From: Podarcis gaigeae
Lineage: Eukaryota
Assembly: GCA_964106915.2 (NCBI GenBank)
Contig: OZ066922.1
Strand: one strand, 5' to 3'
Length of the DNA: 64,000 nt
A model generated the notes under the pieces. The model saw nothing but the letters and a program-made list of their open reading frames with translations. It did not search any database and was not told the DNA's origin. The translations under genes were made by a program, and so were the position numbers. Below are positions 12,163-24,539 of the stretch, in pieces (position 1 is the stretch's first letter; every line of letters starts with the position of its first letter).

Positions 12163-13088
12163 TATGTAGTTACATATGGAAGTCCTGAAGCAAGCAAGCC
12201 AAAGTCTTCAAGGCAAAGGGTGGGGGGGAGGAATCCTATTTTCTGGGGTGAGGGGATGACTAGTATGGCCAAAAGCAAATCTCAAAGCCCAAGCAAAACT
12301 CAAGCCCTATTGAGTTCCATGGAAATGTAAGATGCCAGCTTCAGTGGCTTTCACATTCCTCTTGCCTCAACAGTTCTGTAACTTTATTAAGTAGGACAGT
12401 TATAAGCACAGTACAGAGGAAAGGGAATGGCTCTATCTTCTTTTCTGAGTTCAGAGGGCTAAACAGGAAGCTGTTCATGTTGCCCACAGATGCCAGAAAT
12501 GATAACGCAGACGGCAAGCTAGGATCTTCTTCGCCTGGATCTCACTTCTGAACTTGTTGTTTTCAACAATCAAGGAAACAAAAGGCAGCTTCTTGTCCTG
12601 GGCTCCTGCTGCCTCCTGTCCTGTCCAGACTCCTTCAACCAGACCCTCCTGCCTGTCTGCACGAGGTGTTTGTGGCAGGTCTGAGGAAGAGAAATCGTGA
12701 CTGATGCAGAGGAACAGCAGGAGCGGAAGAAGGGCACTGGGAATAGCTGGGAGGGGTCCGCTCCCCCCTCATTCCCCGCAGAGTCTTCAGAGCAGAGCTT
12801 TTGCAAGTTGCGTCTAATGAGATTTGGGCCACCAGAGTAGCAGAGATTGAGTTTCCAGTGTTAATGGGAGAGGTGCAGGTCTTTCATTTCTTTTTTAAAA
12901 ACAGACTTAAGTCAAGCTAGAGATCTTGGAAATGAGTCTTAAGTAACAAATCTTAACACGCAGGAAGTCACTCCTGATTCTGAGAGCAGGATTAAGATGG
13001 TCTCCTCATGCTCAACCAGAGTACAACACGTCATGCATTTGATGAACTGGGCTCTAGTCCACAGAACATTATTTATTATTTTTATTTA

Positions 13089-13346
13089 CAGTGGTACCTT
13101 GGGTTACATACGCTTCAGGTTACATACGCTTCAGGTTACATACGCTTCAGGTTACAGACTCCGCTAACCCAGAAATAGTGCTTCAGGTTAAGAACTTTGC
13201 TTCAGGATGAGAACAGAAATGGTATTCCGGTGGCGTGGCAGCAACAGGAGGTCCCATTAGCTAAAGTGATGCTTCAGGTTAAGAACAGTTTCAGGTTAAG
13301 TACGGACCTCTGGAACAAATTAAGTACTTAACCCGAGGTACCACTG
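13089..13346 (+). mobile_element. Tigger/pogo-like MITE, family A
   Basis: Same TIRs and TA TSD; one extra internal GGTTACATACGCTTCA unit. Confidence 0.88.
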
Positions 13347-13413
13347 TATTCATTAAAATATTTGTATGCCACAATTTCATTTAAAATATCAAAGCAGGTT
13401 ACAAGAACCCATA

Positions 13414-13768
13414 AGGTAAAGGTAAAGGGACCCCTGACCATTAGGTCCAGTCATGGCCGACTCTGGGGTTGCGGCGCTCATCTCGCTTTATTGGCCGAGG
13501 GAGCCGGCGTACAGCTTCCGGGTCATGTGGCCAGGATAACTAAGCCGCTTCTGGCGAACCAGAGCAGTGCACGGAAACGCTGTTTACCTTCCCGCCAGAG
13601 CGGTACCTATTTATCTACTTGCACTTTGACATGCTTTCGAACTGCTAGGTTGGCAGGAACTGGGACCAAGCAACAGGAGCTCACCCTGTCGCAGGGATTT
13701 GAACTGCCGACCTTCTGATCGGCAAGTCCTAGGCTCTGTGGTTTAACCCACAGCGCCACCCGCGTCCC
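13414..13768 (-). mobile_element. Sauria SINE, full length
   Basis: TSD TTACAAGAA(C/G)CCATA. Confidence 0.92.
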
Positions 13769-14544
13769 TTACAAGAAGCCATACATATATGCAATAAAAA
13801 GCAGGCAAAACATTTAAGCCAGATATCATGCACTGACTAATGTGCCACACTAATTCTGTTGGGCTTCACTAGATGAGGAATGTTTATTTAGCATTCATCC
13901 TAATTCCCTTGCATAAAATGCGCTGGTTAGACTATGTCCGGTCTATATGGAACATTTGTTTTGATTTGCTTGTGGGGTGTTTATACATCTTCCCTGAATT
14001 CATCCCATACTTTTCAGAATGATTCCCCATCACTTTCTTAACTGCAAAGAGTCCATTTTCTTTAAGTACTTTTTTAAAAAAATGTGCGCTTTGTAGGGTT
14101 ACCATATTTCAAAAGTGAATATCTGGACACACAAAAGTTGTTGCAGGTTCCACTTGTAGTCATTCATATATAGAAATATGCTTTTACTGAAACTAGTTTC
14201 AGTCTTACTCAGGAACGTATCAAAACTGCCAGGGTACAACCTATCAACCGGACTTTGGCCACACAGTTGCTTGAAAACTTTAAAAAATAGGTCAGGTTCA
14301 CACCTCTCTATCTATCACAAGGGGGAAGATGTTTGCAGAAACATGTGGTTGAAATGCAATCCAATAACTTTCGATTTAGTTAGAAAGCAGAACTTTGACA
14401 CACGTGTAGTCCCAGTGAGAGCTAGAAAAGCGTGGAAATGAATCTCAGAAGTACACCTCCCAAAAAGGAATTTTATTTTATTTTATTTTTGCCTCTGGGT
14501 CTTGAGGCTGAAGCTCCAAGAAATTCACCCCAGAAGAAGAGGGG

Positions 14545-14942
14545 CGACACTGGGGAGAAACATCAGGGTCGGAGGCGGGGCTAGCGTGTCAAGCCCCTCC
14601 TCCGAAGGAGCGCTGGGCCCGGGGATTGGTCGGCACTGATTTGCAAAACCCCGCCTGGCGGGGAAGACTCTGGCCAGGCTGCTTGGGCATCGGAGCGCCT
14701 CGAGGAGAATCCGCAGAAATATTGTTTCTCTGCCCCGCCTAAGGAAGTGCGCTTGTCGCGCCTGCTCCGCGGATCTTCTGGCTGGCTAAAGCGGTCGGAT
14801 CGAAGGCAAAGCGGCTGAGGCTTTGGCCCCGCAGCTGATGTCTGGGTTATAATAGAGATCACCCGGGGTTGGTTAGCTTCCCCTGGACTTGACCTGCTCT
14901 GCCACCCGCGTTTTGTTGTGGTTCTTGTTGCTCCGAGGAGAC
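14545..14942 (+). promoter_or_regulatory. CpG-rich KDR promoter / 5' UTR
   Basis: Sharp rise in CpG density; GC boxes (GAGGCGGGG ~14572, CCCCGCC ~14648 and ~14733); ETS core AGGAAGT ~14742; directly upstream of the ATG. Confidence 0.8.
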
Positions 14943-15015
14943 ATGGAGCTGGCGGCGGGACTGGGACTGATCCTGGCGCTGTGGGCTGCCGCGGAGCCCG
15001 GGCTGGTTGAGGCGG
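14943..15015 (+). CDS. KDR: KDR exon 1 coding part (signal peptide MELAAGLGLILALWAAAEPGLVEA)
   Basis: Strong Kozak context (gacATGG), hydrophobic leader, donor G|GTAAG in phase 1, inside a CpG-rich region. Confidence 0.92.
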
Positions 15016-15542
15016 GTAAGAGAAGCGCACGAGTGTGTGTGTGTTTGTTTGTTTGTGTGTTGTTGTTGTTGTTGTTTATTGTTGGGTTGGTTGGTGGATA
15101 ACTTAGCCGCAGCCTATCTCCTAGGGGCTCCCCTTCCCCAGGATTCAGGGAATCAGCTCAGCCAAGCTAGATTGGCACAGATCACACTCACACCCACCCA
15201 ACCCGCCGCCTCCCCAGGTGCCGAGGAATTCCCTGGGTTGGGGGAATAAATAGCCTGTCGAAGGATAGATGAATTTGGCTCCAGCGGTGGGTGGGTGGGG
15301 GGCTTTTCGCACAAAGAAAGGTGGAAAGAACCAGCTGCAAGCGTAGCCCCTTTCACTGGAACGAAGCCCCACCGAATTCAGCTGCACTTACTTCCGAGTA
15401 GACGTGGCCAGGATCGTTCTGCTGAGCGCCGATGTTCCGCGTTGTCTTGCGCAGCGCCTGGCGCACGGGGCGAGCCGAATCCAAAATGAGCAGGTGATCT
15501 TGGCGACGCGCGACCCTTCCGCAACATGTTGGCTTCTCTGGT

Positions 15543-15677
15543 CATAGAATCATAGAATTGGAAGGGGTCCCGAGGATCATCTAGTCCAACCCCCTGCAAT
15601 GCAGGAATATGCCGCTGTCCCTGACGCGGGGATCGAACCTGCAACCTTGGCGTTGTCAGCACTGCGCTCTAGCCAAC
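15543..15677 (-). mobile_element. Short tRNA-head/CR1-like-tail SINE (similar copies at ~22988-23117 and ~46354-46487)
   Basis: CATAGAATCATAGAAT tail, ATCTAGTCCAACCCCCTGCAATGCAGGAAT body, B box GATCGAACC. Confidence 0.7.
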
Positions 15678-16949
15678 GACGACCAAGGCGGCGACGCCCC
15701 GTACCTGGGAATAAGTCCCATTGAATTCAGGACTAGTGATTTCCGAGCAGGCAAGGCTTAGCCTTGTACCGTATGCACCGGGCTGATACAGCTGACCTGA
15801 AGCTACTTTGGTTATCTGGATGAGCTGGAGTGGCCCAGCCTTGGGGGCTTTCTCTGTCTCGTTCTCTCCCCCCTCCCCTCCGCATTTCAGCTGAGTAAGG
15901 ATGTGGCTGGCTGAAGGGCTCAAACTTCTTGTTGGGTCTTTTTTAGCAGCAGGGAGAGAGGGCGAGGTTGGAGAGTAAGGAAGAAAGGATTTAGGGCCCT
16001 GGCTCCAAATCTCCTCCTGTCCCTCCACAAGGTTCTCCAAAAAACCCACTTTCAGGTCCATTTCACACAAGTGTCCCCCCAATCCATTTTTGTGTAAGGG
16101 TTAAAAAATAATTGTAATCAGTGTTTAGATTCAGTGAACTACCCTGAGACCTGCAGGTATAGGCCAGTATATAAATTCAACAGATAAATAAATCTATTTT
16201 AATATTTTAAATAGATTTTAACTTTTCTGGGACAGGAGCCTGCCCTCTTTGTCCTCCCTAAAGTACCACTCACACTGATGGTGCAATATTGACCATGGCA
16301 CTACGCCATCATTTGCAAATAATGTGCATGTCTGCACATGTTCGTGTTGGTATGTTAAAAAAAAAAAACGGACCACAGGGAACCACTGTCAATTACAGGG
16401 GCAGGGATGGACATGCATGCAGTCTTCACATCATCCTTAATAATATTAATATTGATGCTGTTATCACAGGGTTGCCATATTTCAAAAAGTAAAAATCCAG
16501 ACACAAAAGTTGTTGACCGTTTCTTGGCTAAGTTGTTGAGCTTTTTTTGGAAGGAGGGGGGCAAAGTTGGTGAGCTTTATCGTTGTTGTTGTTATTATTT
16601 ATTATTATCATCAGTGTGTATGATGTGCTGCTTTTTACACATCTTTTCCCTGGCTCAGAGGTGACATTCATTTTGTGAAATACCCCCTAAAGTCCTTGCC
16701 AGTCTTGCTTTACCTAACCCTTTGGGATTATTAACCCATTGACACTGCAACCAGTGATACCAGTCGTGATAACACTGGGACTGGGGGCGGGGAGCGTGCA
16801 AAAGGCAGGTAGCCCATCTGTAGTAGAGTGAACGATGCAATGATAAATGGAGCCGGAACCAACGAAAGGCTGAGACAATAAATTATACATTCACCACCAT
16901 CCACCTCCCATCTTTAGTTCCACAAAGGGCATCACTGAGACTAAGGATG

Positions 16950-17290
16950 ACAGCAACTAAAACTGATGGAATACGCAGAGATGGCGAAACTTACCGGAAG
17001 AATAAGTGATCAAGTTGAGAGACTTTTTTTAAAAAAGAGAAAATGTGTTGAATATATGAAGATAATTAAAAGAATTAGCAGGATTGACATAAACCCAAGC
17101 AGTAAGAAATAACTTAAAGGAAGTATAAAGGATACATTTGTGAACAGGTTTGAATTGGTGATCCAGTAAAAAATATGATATAAAATAAGAAACTGCAGAG
17201 AGGGAGGGAGGGAAACCGCAGAAAAGGTAAGGGAATAATTTCTATTGTTGAAACATTGTAAAATGTGAAAACGCAAAATAAAATTTAAGA
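16950..17290 (+). mobile_element. Probable L1-type LINE 3' end
   Basis: KLMEYAEMAKLTGRI resembles squamate L1 ORF2 C-termini (from memory); followed by an A-rich 3' region. Confidence 0.55.
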
Positions 17291-17585
17291 AGAGACTTAA
17301 GGATGAGGATGCTGACAGGTTGTGCCAGTCTCTGGGCTGGTAAGAAGGCAGGCAGGTGGGGTAGGCTCAGGGCAGGCAGAGGTTTGTGGCACAACATCCC
17401 ATTTGCCCTAATGGGCCAGACTCTATGAGCACTACATCCTATGGCAACAAAGTCCATGACAAAGGGCATGCACTTGCATGTTCTAAACCATTAGCGCCAT
17501 GCACATGCAAAGGTGACAATGATGTGAGTTAAAAAACAGAAGAGAATACAACAAGGGAAAAATCCAGCCAAACAGCAGTATGCTA

Positions 17586-18159
17586 CCTGGGATAGCTCAG
17601 TCGGCAGAGCATGAGACTCGTAATTTGAAGATCTTGGTTTCTAGTCCCATGTTGGGTGAAAGATTCCTGCATTGTAAGGGGGGTTGACTATAGAAGACCC
17701 TTGTGGTCAGGGCTGGATTTAGGTTTGATGAGGCCCTAAGCTACTGAAAGTAATGGGGCCCTTTCTATAGCAGGCGGAGCCCATTACTTACATCATAGGA
17801 GCCTACACAATACAAAACACTGTTGCTGTATGTAGGTTTTATTTTATTTGTTTTTTATCTTATATTTTGGAAATGTACATCCAGTTTTTTCCCCTTTAAA
17901 TTTGTTGGAGGTCCCCAAGAGAGTGGGGCCCTAAGCTATAGCTTGTGGCGTAGCGTGGGGGGTGCAGGGGGGGGCAGCCGCACCGGGCGCAACATCGGGG
18001 GGGGGGGCGCTCGCACTCGCAGCTCTGTGCCTGAGTGCTAAAATCCATGGGTTAGGGGGGTGCAAATTACTTGCCTTGCCCCGGGTGCTGACAACCCATG
18101 CTATACCACTGCTTATATGTAAACCGGGTACTGCTTTTGGTCCCTTCCAACTCTATGAT
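17586..18159 (+). mobile_element. Triple nest: tRNA-head/CR1-tail SINE interrupted by a hAT MITE (17708-18133), itself interrupted by a GC-rich MITE (17945-18111)
   Basis: The SINE halves rejoin across the TSD CTT(G/T)TGGT; the inner element matches the 48871 family. Confidence 0.75.
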
Positions 18160-20559
18160 ACCACTGACCAAATGCTAACCCAGCAAGTTGGGTTGGCGGA
18201 AGGAGATTCTTGGGAGATTTGAACTAATCGTTCAAACTGCAATGTGGTTTGTACAATGACAAAGGAAAGCAGCAGCAAAACAGAAGGACCGTGATTATTT
18301 GAAGGAGGTCCCCAGGACGCAGCTTCTGTGGCCATAGGTAGATTGAGGTCTACCAAGTGGCATCTAGTTTTATGTTGTTGGTGCTAATGATGAGGTGGTG
18401 AGCATCGCAGGTAAGGAGCAAACCACTCGTGCTGCTAATGGTCTGAAGGGCTAAAGGCAGTGGCAGACCTCGGCTCCTCAAATTTCAGTGACACCTTGTA
18501 CAACACCAAAATCCAGCACCCCTGCCTCTCACCTTCCTTAGTTAGGGTGTCATAGTTGCAGTGTCTGCTGCAAAGCCCCAAGAGTTCAGCACTTGGTGCG
18601 AACCGACCAATCACGCTCCCCTTGATCTGCCTTTGCTAAAGGACTCTTTTGGCTTGCTTATGGTGCTTTCTTATTGAAAGCTGGATAACTGGAGTGTTAT
18701 TGTTGCAGTGCTGCATAAAGTATGGTATGTGCTGTGCATTAAATAGGTGCTTTCTCATATTGGTGAGCAGAGTATCACAGCTCTGGGAATATCAGCCTCC
18801 CAATTTTCCCATTAAGCCTGCTTTAAGAAGTTAAGAAAAGACCTGCAGAATCATACCAAAGGTCTATCTAGTCCAGGCTTCTGTTTCACACAGGAACTGA
18901 TCAGATGCCTTTCAGAAGGCCACAAGCAAAACCATTGGGTCTCTCCTCATGGTTATTCACCTGTGACTGGTATTCAGAGCAAGATCAGAAAGGAAGAGCT
19001 AGACTTGTTGACTATTTTGAACAATGTTAGGTTTCATATAATTTACTTTTTCTTTTCAAAATCCCCCTCCTCCTCCTCCCACACCCATTATTGCTTGTTT
19101 GGCTTTCATTGGTGATATCCAACTGGGAAGATAAATCTATGCTTGGCACCATTTCTATCTTCTCTGAACTTTTGTGATCCACATAAATATATGAATTTGG
19201 CAGGTTTGCTCCAAGGATACCTGAGATGAGGGATACACTTTGTGCACAATCTTAGCAAATGTTTTGTGGAAATCGATGCCAGATAGCAGTGCAGAGTCCT
19301 ATGCCTGTTTACTCAGAAGTAAATCACAGTAAGTGGGCCTAGGGCTGCAGCTGTATAGTTCTTGCTGGATGGCTGCTGAGTTTTAGGGATCAGTGAAACA
19401 ACAATTAAATAGTTAAGAAGATAGATGTAGTTCCAGCAGTCGCAATAAAATGGCTTGGAGAAGAGAAAATCAAGCAGATTTCACCACAGAGCAGATGATT
19501 TAGAATTACTGTTTATTAATATATTTACTTTAATGCTAGCAAAAAATAAGCAAATATGAGATAAGTAATTTCATATTAATAATAAATTTAGCATGAAAGG
19601 ACAATGTGAAGTTGCAATTCTAGCTGTACACTTACCTGGGAGTAAGCCTTTTTGAACTTAGTGCTACTTTTTTCTGTGTAGACATGCTAACAATCCTATA
19701 GATGTTTTCTAGCGTTCATTTTCCCCTTTGAGCCAGTGGCTGCCAAAACAGAATGTAAAATCTGTCTGAGTGACATACATTCAGATAAAAAGCAACTCTT
19801 GAATGAAATATTCTGCTGTAGCCTAATTATTATAGAATAATGCTTTGCCAATGGACCTTATGACATTCCATTTTGTCTTTGAATTACAGTCTTTCATAGC
19901 AGCATATTTACATTGCATTTGAGTTTTTCTTTGGTATTGCTCATGGAACAGAGTTCCTGTTTCAAGTGACATATCAGATATGAATTACTAAAATCATCGT
20001 TTTGGAATCTCAAGCGTATTTAGAAACCAGGGCTTCTGTTCTGGAAAGCCGTATTCTCGACTTCCATATGTATGAATGTGACTTCCATTATAGGAAGCTG
20101 TCTCATCCCTGAGTCAGAAAATTGGCCCGCCTAACTCAACATTGTCTACAATGACTGGCAGTGCTCACCAGAGACTGAGGCAGGAGTCTTTCCTGGACCT
20201 ACTTGGAGATGTTGAGGATTGAACTGGAGCTAATGAGGTCCTTGACCACTGAGCTATGGCCATCATTGAACTATGGATGCACTTTCTTTCCTGTGGGGCA
20301 CTAATCTGGCTTGCTGGACTTTGCCATTGCCATGAGAGCAGACTGTGTGCCCTAGAATGTGCCCAGTTATAGTCCACTTTATTGCATATTGTGGGAGAAG
20401 GATCAATAGTCGCCTTTTAAAAAAAGCTTGCCTGCCATTCAATTGAGGGGGTATCATTTGAAAACCACTTGTTAACGTAACCCACACAATTAGTGCAACG
20501 AATGCTTGAAACATCTTACCTAAACGCTTAGAACATCTTCCCTGAAATGGGTTTTATAG

Positions 20560-20784
20560 TAAGGTTGCCATATTTCCCGGACATAACCGAAATATGGCAT
20601 TCGGAACCAGTGTCTGGGTGAAAATTGCTTCAGTGTGGGGGGAAATCCAGACATATGGCAACACATGTCGGAAGTCTAGCTCAAAAAATGTCATTTGTTT
20701 TAGAGCTTTTGCAAAAAAAGAAAGAAAAAAAAAAGCTCAACTTTTGTGTATGGATTTTCACTGTTTGAAAGATGGCAACCCTAT
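20560..20784. mobile_element. MITE with TA(A/G)GGTTGCCAT termini (partial relatives near 14095 and 16468)
   Basis: Inverted termini GGTTGCCAT / ATGGCAACC. Confidence 0.6.
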
Positions 20785-21000
20785 TTTATAAGAACAGATG
20801 AATTTTAAGCTCCGTGTAATTCTCAGCTCTTGGGTAGCAAAAGAAGCATCCTCTAAAAATCTGAGCAAGAGGATTAAGTTAACTTCGAGAGGAGTTACTA
20901 CAGCTTCCATCAACTTCTGTTCTGGACTGCAACCCCTACCAGCCCCCTGCCCATGCTAGCTGGGGCTGATAGGAGTTGCAATCCAAACCACATTCATATA

Positions 21001-21216
21001 CAGTGGTACCTTGGGTTACATACGCTTCAGGTTACAGACTCCGCTAACCCAGAAAGGTTAAGAACTTTGCTTCAGGATGAGAACAGAAATCGTGCTCTGG
21101 CAGCGTGGCAGCAGCAGGAGGCCCCATTAGCTAAAGTGGTGCTTCAGGTTAAGAACAGTTTCAGGTTAAGTACGGACCTCCGGAATGAATTAAGTACTTA
21201 ACCCGAGGTACCACTG
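21001..21216 (+). mobile_element. Tigger/pogo-like MITE, family A (internally deleted)
   Basis: Same TIRs and TA TSD. Confidence 0.88.
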
Positions 21217-21473
21217 TATGTTCATCTTCACATACACAAACTTTGCTGTTAATAGCTGCAGTGGGATCAGCCAGCTATTTTGCACACCAGACTCTCCCAG
21301 TTTAAAGACCTCTTCTTTAAGTCAGTGGTCTAACGCTTATATTGATGTGTTCCTCAGAATAGTGTTGAATGAGGCTAATTAATTGGAAGCACTGGCAAAT
21401 GATGAATTTATAATTAATTGGTTTTTTTTAAAAAAAAAAAAGTAAGAAAAGAATTAAGTTGTTCCTGAGAGAA

Positions 21474-21655
21474 TGAGATCATCATGTAGAGTCAAGTTCA
21501 CTTCGTTTCAATGCCCCACATCCTTTAGTTAGACCTTGAAGTTAGCGGTGCAACAAAACAGGAACTCCACCCTTGCTGTATGAATTACAGAGCTGAGTTG
21601 CTAGCCTCTGACCATCTGCCCATTCTTCCTGTTATGACAGAGCTCATGAATTTCT
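21474..21655. promoter_or_regulatory. Conserved Flk1/KDR intron-1 endothelial enhancer core
   Basis: AAAACAGGAACTCCACCC and TGACCATCTGCCCATTCTTCCTGTTATGACAGAGCT match my recollection of the mouse Flk1 first-intron enhancer. It contains ETS/FOX:ETS and E-box motifs. Confidence 0.75.
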
Positions 21656-21899
21656 GTATGATGTGTGAAATCCTTCCTAATTTAACTCTTCAAATGCACA
21701 ACCCCTATCCCATTGACCTGCGTGGATCAGGCATGGGCGCAGAATTTTCATACAAGTGAGTTATGTATGACACATATAATCACATTTTTGTTGAGTGTGT
21801 GTAATTTGGCACGTTCTTTGGTCTGGGACTGGGGCAACCCACTCAGATGGGCAGGGTACAAATAATAAAATTGTTACTTTTATTGTTGTTATTTTGCAG

Positions 21900-21990
21900 G
21901 CTCATCTGTTTCATTAGATCCACCATCCCTTAGCATCCAAAAATCTGTTATTACTGTAACAGCCAATGATACGCTACAAATTAATTGCAG
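21900..21990 (+). CDS. KDR: KDR exon 2 (GSSVSLDPPSLSIQKSVITVTANDTLQINC)
   Basis: ttttgcag| acceptor and AG|GTAAG donor; homologous to the start of Ig1. Confidence 0.93.
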
Positions 21991-22498
21991 GTAAGGCTGC
22001 GGCATCACATTGATGGTTGTGATTATAAAGTGTGTGTTCTTCTGAATCACTTTCCCCCCTTTTTACTGTGACTTTCTTTGCTATATTTCCATAATAGATG
22101 ATAACCAAACAAGAAGCATGTAAACAAGGAACCAAGGAAAATCCAAGTGTGTCTAAGCATTCCTGGTTCACCTGTTTAAAGCTTTAGGGCAGAGGTGGGG
22201 AACCAGAGGCACCTCCTTGCAGGCTCTTGAGATTCTCACTTAGCCACACCCTTCCTTGGCCCTGATCTACCCCTTCCTTGAGCACTTTTGCGTGGCTGGA
22301 ATGTGTCTTTTAACTGATAATGTCTCTTGCTGATCCCCATATTGAGTAGGTCAACACAGCTCCCTGCAGTTTGGGACTCTTCTTTAGGGTGCGTGACTAT
22401 GGACTCCCTTGGGGGCATTGCTATGGGGTCTGCCATGATAAATTCCTCATCATGTCAGAGTCTACCGTTACTCATACCTCTCATTTTTTCCAACTTAG

Positions 22499-22695
22499 TG
22501 GTGAAAGAGCTTTGGAATGGCTTTGGCCTAACAACCAGACCAGTGCTGAAAACCGAGTGACGGTGACAGACTGTATAGACAATGTTTACTGTAAGATGCT
22601 CACTCTTACAAAAGTAACAAGCAATGACACGGGAGTCTACAAGTGCCTTTACCAAGACAACCATACAATGTCAAGTGTGTATGTTTATGTACAAG
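22499..22695 (+). CDS. KDR: KDR exon 3 (Ig1: GERALEWLWPNNQ...DTGVYKC...VYVYVQ)
   Basis: 197 nt, AG/GT boundaries, phase 2 to phase 1. Confidence 0.95.
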
Positions 22696-23963
22696 GTAGG
22701 TGCTGACCGGAGTGGTGTTTTCCCCCCTATTTAACTATTTGGGAAATTGAAGATTAAAGCTGCAGTTCTATACCTTTGCTTGTCCTGTTGGAGAAATGGG
22801 ACTTGCATCTGAGTAAACATGCATAAAGTTTTAAGGGGCTTCATAGAGCCTCACATACCCACACTCTCTTGTGAGCAAAGAAACTTATTTGTTGACCCTG
22901 GCATTTCCTATAGAGAGGACTACAGCTTACATTCTCAAGGCAGATAATGGGTGCTTGGGGCTTTCTATATTTATGTTTATAATTGATGATCATAGAATTG
23001 AAGAGTTGGAAGGAGATCATCTAGTCCAATGCCCTGCAAGGCAGAAATAGGCAGCCATCCCATACAGGGACCAAACCTTGGTGGTCCCAGCACTATATGC
23101 TAACCAACTGAGCTATTGAGGCTCACTAAATTTATTAAAAGTTTCTATATATTAAAATAACACCAAGATGGTGTACAATAAAACCACTCAGTAGAAAGCA
23201 ACGATTCAAAAACACTTCCATACCCAATAAAAACAATTCAATAAAAGCTACATATCCCAATTGCAGGAATTATTCGGTATCAAAATAAATTGTTTCCTTG
23301 GTGCTCGTAATCAGCAGTTAACATGGTAAGCTGGAAGAGCGGTAGCTGACCAAAATACTGTAGTTGGGTTTAGCAGCAGTGGGTAAACATTCTGGACCTG
23401 AAGGCTGCACCACCAGGTGGTAGATGTGACCAAACCCACAGCATGTGTGCTGCTGCAAAGGCCACACACATCACATGCACACACCAGAGCATGCAAACAT
23501 GCTGGTGTCTGCATCAACCACACATGGACATAGGCCAGACACAAGGCCTACCTAGGAGTTGGTGCAGGCCCAGTGGGGCACAAAAATCACGCCTCTTCAT
23601 TCTGTCTCAGCTCCTCTGGCAAGAGAGCAAGGACGCCTCTGGCCAGACAGGATGTAGATCACTCTTTCTCCCATCCTCAGATCAATTATCCGGTTAGCAG
23701 GGGAATGAGGTAATCTCAGTCCTAATCATTGTGCTCAGCTGGGCAGAGAGTTTGAAACATTCCCATCTGCCCCTGTGCTATGATCAGGATACAGATCTGT
23801 TGGGGGTTCCACCTGCCATTAGTTCCACTGTATTAGGACTCCAGCTTCCTAACATGGAATCACTCATTTACACTGTTGTATATCAGTTTGCTTTTCAAAT
23901 TAAGAAGTATTGGCAAACTGGTTGTACTGTATTTATTTGATCCCCACCCCTGCTTCCCGGCAG

Positions 23964-24106
23964 ATGTTGCAGACCTTCCCGATGGCCGGTCTCCGTTTGT
24001 GACTTCCGTTAGTGATCAGATTGGTGTGGTATATTTAACTGGAAACAAAACTGTGGTGGTACCCTGCCTTGGCTCCACGTCAAATCTGAACGTATCTCTG
24101 TATGCG
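23964..24106 (+). CDS. KDR: KDR exon 4 ([19 protein letters not shown]...NLNVSLYA); alternative in-frame start at 23973
   Basis: Donor GCG|GTAAG is clear. Two in-frame CAG acceptors (exon start 23964 or 23973) make the 5' boundary uncertain. Confidence 0.85.
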
Positions 24107-24539
24107 GTAAGACAAAGGAATTGCTGCCTTTTGTCCATTGTTTTAGTAGTTCTCACTCATGGCATCATGAAGGGTACCAGCGCCATTACCATCCCCCCAG
24201 TGAAGCTGAGCTCATTGGAGTGGGGATGGAGTAGGGCAAGGTGGCAGTAGCCTCACATGTTCACATGCACTGTCACCCTAGAGCTTTCCTGACCTAACCC
24301 CTTCCTCCTTGACCTGTCCCATCGTTGTTCCAACAAATGCAGTGATGCCACCAGAAAAGCATCTGCTGTCCCCATGACTAATTGCTGCTGACACCTTCAC
24401 ACTTTCTTTACATTTGGAGGAGGGGTTGATGTCAAGAGACTATGTTGGTGGGTGGGATGAGAATGTGGTGGACAACTTGGACATCCTTTCAGTTCTCTGA
24501 GACAGTTTAACCAATTGATATATCCTGGTGTCCATGCAG

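Noticed and set aside
14581-15030. 149-aa antisense ORF over the promoter and exon 1
   Set aside because: Expected in GC-rich, stop-poor sequence; low-complexity Pro/Arg/Ser composition.
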